From Octopus bimaculoides (lineage: Eukaryota), in contig NC_069000.1 of assembly GCF_001194135.2 (NCBI RefSeq), positions 43,012,632-43,056,503 of the forward strand: a stretch of 43,872 bases of DNA. Reading direction: 5' to 3'. Below are positions 36,435 through 43,872 of this stretch, one piece after another (the first letter of the stretch is position 1; the number at the start of each line of letters is the position of its first letter). Made by a program: the position numbers and the translations under genes. The notes under the pieces are model-generated. The model had not been told where the DNA came from. It did no database searches and saw only the letters and a program-made list of their open reading frames with translations.

Positions 36435-37176
36435 CTTTCAGTTTCTGTCTACCAAATCTGAAGACTGGAGCAGAAGGCAGTCGCCCAAGGTGGCCTGCAA
36501 TAGGACTAAAACCGTCTTGGATAACAACTACAAGAACAAGAAGAAACTGCGATAGACATGAATATACATAACTGTGCTACTATATGTGTATGCGCGATGC
36601 TTTCTTTTTGTTTTATTTTTTGTATGTGTATAATTTTTACTGTTAGTGTGTACCGAAGAATTCAAAGTATAAGACGAGATAACTCTGCAAAAGAAAATCA
36701 AGATATTCTTTGCGAAAACTTGCTCAAACTTTGAAAGACATAAGAAGCGAAGAACTCTCTTTACTTACTGTCAGATATGAGTGACGTGATTCCAGTATCC
36801 AAAATATATTTCCTAAACAAACTTTCATCCATTTATACATACATACGCACCTAAACAAACAACACACACACACATACGCACACACATACATACACACACA
36901 TAGATACACTCATATATGTGGGCGCGTGTGTGTGTATAATATGTATTTATTTTTGGGTGTGCATGGTTCTTATTTATATATTCTTAATGTTCTTATCGTA
37001 TTTACCGATTCTCTTGTTTTGATATGGATATCATGAATGTTTGACAGAAGAAAATATATGTGCAAGAAAAACAAGTTTATTCACCCAAAGTAAGAATGTA
37101 TATTACAGCATTTATAGGTTAGCAAATGTATATCTATACGTACATACATATATGTATATACACATACCTATAAATA

Positions 37177-37224
<48 letters not shown>

Positions 37225-37675
37225 NNNNNNNNNNNNNNNNNNNNNNNNNNNNNNNNNNNNNNNNNNNNNNNNNNNNNNNNNNNNNNNNNNNNNNNNNNNN
37301 NNNNNNNNNNNNNNNNNNNNNNNNNNNNNNNNNNNNNNNNNNNNNNNNNNNNNNNNNNNNNNNNNNNNNNNNNNNNNNNNNNNNNNNNNNNNNNNNNNNN
37401 NNNNNNNNNNNNNNNNNNNNNNNNNNNNNNNNNNNNNNNNNNNNNNNNNNNNNNNNNNNNNNNNNNNNNNNNNNNNNNNNNNNNNNNNNNNNNNNNNNNN
37501 NNNNNNNNNNNNNNNNNNNNNNNNNNNNNNNNNNNNNNNNNNNNNNNNNNNNNNNNNNNNNNNNNNNNNNNNNNNNNNNNNNNNNNNNNNNNNNNNNNNN
37601 NNNNNNNNNNNNNNNNNNNNNNNNNNNNNNNNNNNNNNNNNNNNNNNNNNNNNNNNNNNNNNNNNNNNNNNNNNN

Positions 37676-37738
<63 letters not shown>

Positions 37739-38017
37739 TCGTAGCGACAGTTCTAAGCAGTGATGTGTTTAAATACAATTTTGTTAGCAGCTCAAATATG
37801 CTTGAGGCATACTCGAAGACGTAAAAGAGCAACTCATGGTATTTCGTTATGGACCAAATTCCTCTCCTGAAGCAAATTGGTTTAAATACACCTGATCACA
37901 TAATAGCCACCAACTTAACTAGTTTGTCGGGTTGAATGCATTGCTGCAGAGGAGATAACTACTCCGAAATACACGCATTCAAATGACCCGGTTTGTTTCG
38001 ACTCAGATGCCTATATG

Positions 38018-38185
38018 TATGTGTAGTCTGATCAATAAGTATCTGAACTGTTGTCATAGTAACGAAGCCAAAGCACGCAGAGTGGAACCGCTTGGAACTG
38101 ATTGATCTTGCGCTTTGCTATTTGCGGGCTCTTAAGCTTAACGTTGTAGCTCACTTCCGCTGTTTACAGCAGTGCTTGGAAGGAA
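38018..38185 (+). mobile_element. Probable mariner left TIR and 5' UTR
   Basis: TGTAGTCTGATCAATAAGTATCTGAACTG after TA resembles TA-CGAGGTCTGATCAATAAGTATCCGGAC-type mariner TIRs (from recall); no partner TIR visible because a SINE and a gap follow. Confidence 0.5.
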
Positions 38186-38362
38186 CAAGAGTGTCCTTTG
38201 GTCAGCTGAAAGCATTTTTGGCACAAACTTGGCAGACAGGCGTCTCATACCCAAATATTCAGTGATAATGGACTGAAATGAATCGTAACTAATCTGCAGA
38301 TCCTCTGATAACTCACGGATGATGATTCAACGATTTCCCCTCACAGCTGCACGCACATCTGA
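38183..38362 (-). pseudogene. Mariner transposase internal fragment (second HTH and WVPHEL-like linker)
   Basis: SDVRAAVRGNR*IIIRELSEDLQISYDSFQSIITEYLGMRRLSAKFVPKMLSADQRTLLF; the single stop is a CGA>TGA type change. Confidence 0.85.
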
Positions 38363-38365
38363 CGT

Positions 38366-38512
38366 AACAACTCATTTCTACAGCTGACTGAACTGGAGCA
38401 ACGTGAAATAAAGTGTCTTGCTCAAGAACACTACACGCAGCCCGGTGCGGGATTCGAACTCACAAACTCGTGATCGTAAGCTCGACGCTCTAACCACTGA
38501 GCCATGCGCCTT
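38366..38512 (-). mobile_element. S3-related SINE 5' portion with well-preserved A and B boxes
   Basis: Minus strand GGCGCATGGCTCAGTGGTTAGAGC...GAGTTCGAATCCCGC...TTGAGCAAGACACTTTATTTCACGTTGCTCCAG. Confidence 0.85.
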
Positions 38513-39359
38513 CACATATGCACATGTATATATATATATATATATATATNNNNNNNNNNNNNNNNNNNNNNNNNNNNNNNNNNNNNNNNNNNNNNNNNNN
38601 NNNNNNNNNNNNNNNNNNNNNNNNNNNNNNNNNNNNNNNNNNNNNNNNNNNNNNNNNNNNNNNNNNNNNNNNNNNNNNNNNNNNNNNNNNNNNNNNNNNN
38701 NNNNNNNNNNNNNNNNNNNNNNNNNNNNNNNNNNNNNNNNNNNNNNNNNNNNNNNNNNNNNNNNNNNNNNNNNNNNNNNNNNNNNNNNNNNNNNNNNNNN
38801 NNNNNNNNNNNNNNNNNNNNNNNNNNNNNNNNNNNNNNNNNNNNNNNNNNNNNNNNNNNNNNNNNNNNNNNNNNNNNNNNNNNNNNNNNNNNNNNNNNNN
38901 NNNNNNNNNNNNNNNNNNNNNNNNNNNNNNNNNNNNNNNNNNNNNNNNNNNNNNNNNNNNNNNNNNNNNNNNNNNNNNNNNNNNNNNNNNNNNNNNNNNN
39001 NNNNNNNNNNNNNNNNNNNNNNNNNNNNNNNNNNNNNNNNNNNNNNNNNNNNNNNNNNNNNNNNNNNNNNNNNNNNNNNNNNNNNNNNNNNNNNNNNNNN
39101 NNNNNNNNNNNNNNNNNNNNNNNNNNNNNNNNNNNNNNNNNNNNNNNNNNNNNNNNNNNNNNNNNNNNNNNNNNNNNNNNNNNNNNNNNNNNNNNNNNNN
39201 NNNNNNNNNNNNNNNNNNNNNNNNNNNNNNNNNNNNNNNNNNNNNNNNNNNNNNNNNNNNNNNNNNNNNNNNNNNNNNNNNNNNNNNNNNNNNNNNNNNN
39301 NNNNNNNNNNNNNNNNNNNNNNNNNNNNNNNNNNNNTATATATATATATACATGCGTGT

Positions 39360-39408
<49 letters not shown>

Positions 39409-40008
39409 TGTGTGGATATGTAAGCATGTAGTTATTTATGTACCCATATAAGAAATCAAAGAAACGCCGACAAGAAATATATTCTGTTACACCATATATA
39501 TATATACAGTAAATATTCTGTTTTGATAAAACCATGTATTATCACATGGCAACAACGTGACACATGATGATAACTCTAGATAACGTAACTGCTTTGAAGA
39601 ATTCTTGTGTTTTTGCTACATTAATGAAGAACACATTTACTCGAGGCTTCGGTCTTTGACACAAACTGCTATTATTCCTGGTCATAATGTATACTAGTTT
39701 GTCAATCTCTATAAGCCGTTCAGAATTATAAGACGTTGATTGAGAAGTTTTTGAAACGGTGAGACAAAATTAAGAGGAGTGTGTGGAGGTTCCTCTGCTC
39801 TCTCTGGTTGCGTAGACTCTTGGTCATATTGTTGTTCTTTTATTCATACAATAAATTGTTTCGTTTCATTCCGTACCTTTTCACTGAACCATTCAATCAA
39901 TTAATTAATCAATCAATCAATCAATTAAACAATCAGTCAATTTATATATCTCCCGATATATAAATATATTTGTGTGTGTGTTTGTCTATGTATCTCTCAC
40001 TCTCTCTC

Positions 40009-40042
<34 letters not shown>

Positions 40043-40153
40043 NNNNNNNNNNNNNNNNNNNNNNNNNNNNNNNNNNNNNNNNNNNNNNNNNNNNNNNNNN
40101 NNNNNNNNNNNNNNNNNNNNNNNNNNNNNNNNNNNNNNNNNNNNNNNNNNNNN

Positions 40154-40185
<32 letters not shown>

Positions 40186-41183
40186 CCTTTCATACACATG
40201 CACTTACTGATGTATACATGAAAAAGATCAGCTTTTCTTTTATGCACGTTATATTGAAAACACGACCATATTCTACACAATATTCCGTTGCTGTGTTTGG
40301 CATTTCTTTTTTTTTTTTTTGTGGCCTGTTTAATAGTATATCCTATTTTTTACTGTCCTAAAGATCTAATGTTCAAATCTGGAAGAAACATGAATCCGCA
40401 TAAGCACAACCCGTTAAATATAAAACGGGCAGTGGTGTATTCAAATGCCTCTCCACAACCTGTAGATTAGGCTGAGATATTCTAGAAATATTAATATAAA
40501 CGCATTCGAGAAATATATTTCTTCACATCTATTTAAAGAAACCAACACAAATCAATTAGAATAATTTTGAGCATACTTGTATTTTCATTATAATGCATAG
40601 ATACATACACAGGCACAGATGCACACGCATTCTTAGAAAGGGGTACAGACAGACAGACAGATGGACAGACAGAGAAGGATAGAGTCAGAGAGCGTGAAAG
40701 TGTTTGTAGAAAGACGGATCTTCTCATACACGCTACATATATAGTTTTGAAAGTATTTATCATTTTATGAAATCTATATGACAGCCGATTAGAGCTCTAG
40801 AAGTCGAAAGCACTTTGGAGGTTTCTGTTGTTTCTTGTCCAAGTATAAAGGATATAGTCAGCTCAAGACACCTTCCTTGAGATGAGCTGTTATGGTTCCT
40901 GTTCATGAACGTTATATGTTGTCAATCAGTACAAACATTTCAAAGTTATAAGAAATAGCTTGACCCCTTAAATCATGTAAATGTTGATTCTCGGGAAATG
41001 TCCGTTGGTAAATGACAGTATTAGGAGATATGTGAAATGTCTTCTGACGTCACTGAATAAAAAGATATCTGTCCATATTGGTTTTACAAGTGGGAGAATT
41101 CATTTTGTTGTTTTCTAGCTCCATAAATCCACAGAATTCTCTTTCATCTTCTCTCTTGCCCCTCTGCCTATGTATGTACGTCG

Positions 41184-41298
41184 TTGCTCAGTTTGGTTTC
41201 AAGATTTCTTGTCAAAATAGAAAGAACCGGTTTCTTGCCTAGATCCAAGGCCCCTTTATTGAAATCTCAACGTCAACAACAGGGTATTTTTGTTTGTA
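41184..41298. repeat. Unclassified dispersed repeat, copy 2
   Basis: See 35205-35318; both copies are followed by TATG-type tracts. Confidence 0.75.
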
Positions 41299-41723
41299 CG
41301 TATGTATGCATGTATGTATGCATGTATGTATGTATGTATGTATGTATGTATGTATGTATCTATCTATCTATCTATCTAACAATCAATGTATCTCTCTTTC
41401 TCTTTCTCTCACTCTGTATTATANNNNNNNNNNNNNNNNNNNNNNNNNNNNNNNNNNNNNNNNNNNNNNNNNNNNNNNNNNNNNNNNNNNNNNNNNNNNN
41501 NNNNNNNNNNNNNNNNNNNNNNNNNNNNNNNNNNNNNNNNNNNNNNNNNNNNNNNNNNNNNNNNNNNNNNNNNNNNNNNNNNNNNNNNNNNNNNNNNNNN
41601 NNNNNNNNNNNNNNNNNNNNNNNNNNNNNNNNNNNNNNNNNNNNNNNNNNNNNNNNNNNNNNNNNNNNNNNNNNNNNNNNNNNNNNNNNNNNNNNNNNNN
41701 NNNNNNNNNNNNNNNNNNNNNNN

Positions 41724-41774
<51 letters not shown>

Positions 41775-42756
41775 TTTAAATATGCATACACCTCAATACT
41801 ATATAATACATAATCAACTCGATTTTAGAACACCTTTCTTCATTTCCGCAGCTTCAGGTGCAAGAATTGGCGATGGTGTTTGCACAAGAATATTTTCCCT
41901 GGAAAGAACTGCTACACATCCGTTATGTTATTAATAACTTCATGCGTGTAAACGCTCCTAATGTGTAAGAAATTGGTTAGCACTAAAAAGTAATATGTAT
42001 GCAGACGTTTCAAGCTCGATAGTTCGTCAGAGAAACACGTGCGATATGCGTAAGTTGTGCTCCGGCATAAAATACAGGAAACTGGTTGTCGTTGAAGAAA
42101 TTATAGATGTTGACGATTGAAGCTCGTCTGTTTGTTAGGGAAACACGTAAAGTATGTGGCGGTATGTAAATAAATAAATATATTTTTGTAAATATAAGCA
42201 GAGAGTTATGAATTTTTTTATTTTCGTTTATCTTTACTCGACTATATTTGCTTATTTGTGGGGCACTATTTAAATTTTCAAAATACAGTTTCATTTTACT
42301 TTCTTTCCCCTCATCTGTCTCAGTCTGTCTGTCAGTCTTTCTTACTGATTGTATATTTGCTTGTTTGTGTGTTTGTCTGTATGTGTCTGGGGATTCTACC
42401 AACAAATTACTCTGAAATGCTCTTTTTCATGGCCCAAGATTTGACTCCAAAAACATGAAAGCTTTCAAACTCTTTCTCTGAAGAAAGCTGGCCAGCTTAA
42501 ATTTGAAATATACTGAATGTTGAAGAATTAAATTAAAAGATTTATTTTCAATATAACGCTGTGGCGCCTGCTTCATGATACTAAATAATTAATTGGCTGC
42601 TGGTATAGATGTTACAGGAAGCGAAGAAATTTTAATTAACTGAATGTAATTATAAAGAATGTGTGATTCAGAATGACTCTCGCGAGTAGGAGAACAAAGG
42701 CAACTACGGGAATATTTCAATGCTGCTTTATAGAAATACTGAGAAATCTCCCCCCC

Positions 42757-42788
<32 letters not shown>

Positions 42789-43560
42789 ATGTATATATAT
42801 ATATATATATANNNNNNNNNNNNNNNNNNNNNNNNNNNNNNNNNNNNNNNNNNNNNNNNNNNNNNNNNNNNNNNNNNNNNNNNNNNNNNNNNNNNNNNNN
42901 NNNNNNNNNNNNNNNNNNNNNNNNNNNNNNNNNNNNNNNNNNNNNNNNNNNNNNNNNNNNNNNNNNNNNNNNNNNNNNNNNNNNNNNNNNNNNNNNNNNN
43001 NNNNNNNNNNNNNNNNNNNNNNNNNNNNNNNNNNNNNNNNNNNNNNNNNNNNNNNNNNNNNNNNNNNNNNNNNNNNNNNNNNNNNNNNNNNNNNNNNNNN
43101 NNNNNNNNNNNNNNNNNNNNNNNNNNNNNNNATATGAATATATTTCTTTCTCTCTCTCTATCCCTCTTTCCCTCTCTGTCTCACTCTCTCTTTATCTCTA
43201 TCTCTCCCTTTTCCTTTCCTTCTGTCTTACACCCTCTACTCACGCACTCACATATATATATATATCGTTCATATATAAACCTAACCACCCATAACCAGCC
43301 CAAATTTAGTAACGGCAACACTCAGAATCATGATGTCCCGACCAACCTTAATAAACCCAGCACCAGGCCACCAGCAAGAAATTCACCACAGCACAAAACT
43401 ATGTGACTGTAGGAATAAAGTTAATTGCGCCCTTGGAAATACCTGTAACAGTAAAAATGCTGGGATGTGACCAAAGCAACACCGGTTTCGACACATAGAC
43501 ACAGCCAATATTCCTAGTGTTTCCGTTCAATAAACTAACTACTATATATATATATTATTA

Positions 43561-43593
<33 letters not shown>

Positions 43594-43598
<5 letters not shown>

Positions 43599-43807
43599 TA
43601 GTTTTATTTTTATAACGTGCTTTCACTTCACTACCGAGCGCAGCTCTGTGCGCCTTGGGTATGTGCTGTGGTTTGCTGTGGTGCTCTTATGTTTACTGTA
43701 TTGAAAGTGTTTTGCGTAGAATGTGTGCAGTACCCAGTAGTGCAATTTTCTGTATGTTATATATATTTGTAAGTCCTGGTGTTTTTGTTATGTATTTGTC
43801 TGAATAT

Positions 43808-43819
<12 letters not shown>
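43594..43819 (-). mobile_element. 5'-truncated R4/Dong-like LINE (family B)
   Basis: Minus translation KYSDKYITKTPGLTNIYNIQKIALLGTAHILRKTLSIQ* (stop 43693-43695) plus 3' UTR; (AAT)n on both sides in element orientation. Confidence 0.85.
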
Positions 43820-43854
<35 letters not shown>

Positions 43855-43872
43855 CATTAATAATAATAATAT

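Noticed and set aside
38440-38512. tRNA gene suggested by good A and B boxes (also 22452-22505)
   Set aside because: No complete cloverleaf; the sequence continues into a body shared with other SINE copies.
41852-41970. Candidate exon after TTTCTTCATTTCCGCAG (LQVQELAMVFAQEYFPWKELLHIR...); similar acceptor at 3862
   Set aside because: No convincing donor or homology; such sites are common by chance.
42473-42510. Plus-strand CTGAAGA followed by hairpin AAGCTG/CAGCTT as a hammerhead
   Set aside because: No GAAA directly after stem II and no proper stem I or cleavage triplet.

Overview
Eukaryotic, AT-rich, repeat-dominated draft-assembly DNA with 17 N-gaps, most of them abutting (TA)n/(CA)n tracts. 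No host protein-coding gene could be supported: nearly all long ORFs in the supplied track are microsatellite translations or run through Ns. The repeat content (three tRNA-headed SINE families, R4/Dong-like LINE 3' ends, mariner and hAT relics, very dense di/tri/tetranucleotide microsatellites) resembles an octopus genome; this is an inference, not verified. Most interesting: (1) two minus-strand minimal type I hammerhead ribozyme motifs of the kind found in Penelope-like retroelements (2370-2405 and 16579-16662), the second enclosed in a ~66-bp inverted repeat whose inner boundary coincides with the predicted cleavage site and is preceded by staggered short re-starts of the post-cleavage sequence; (2) seven 5'-truncated R4/Dong-like (restriction-like endonuclease) LINE ends from about four families, most embedded in (TAA)n; (3) an internally deleted mariner with both TIRs, a second mariner relic with an apparent internal inversion, a SINE-in-SINE insertion with target deletion, and a 23-bp x 21 minisatellite.
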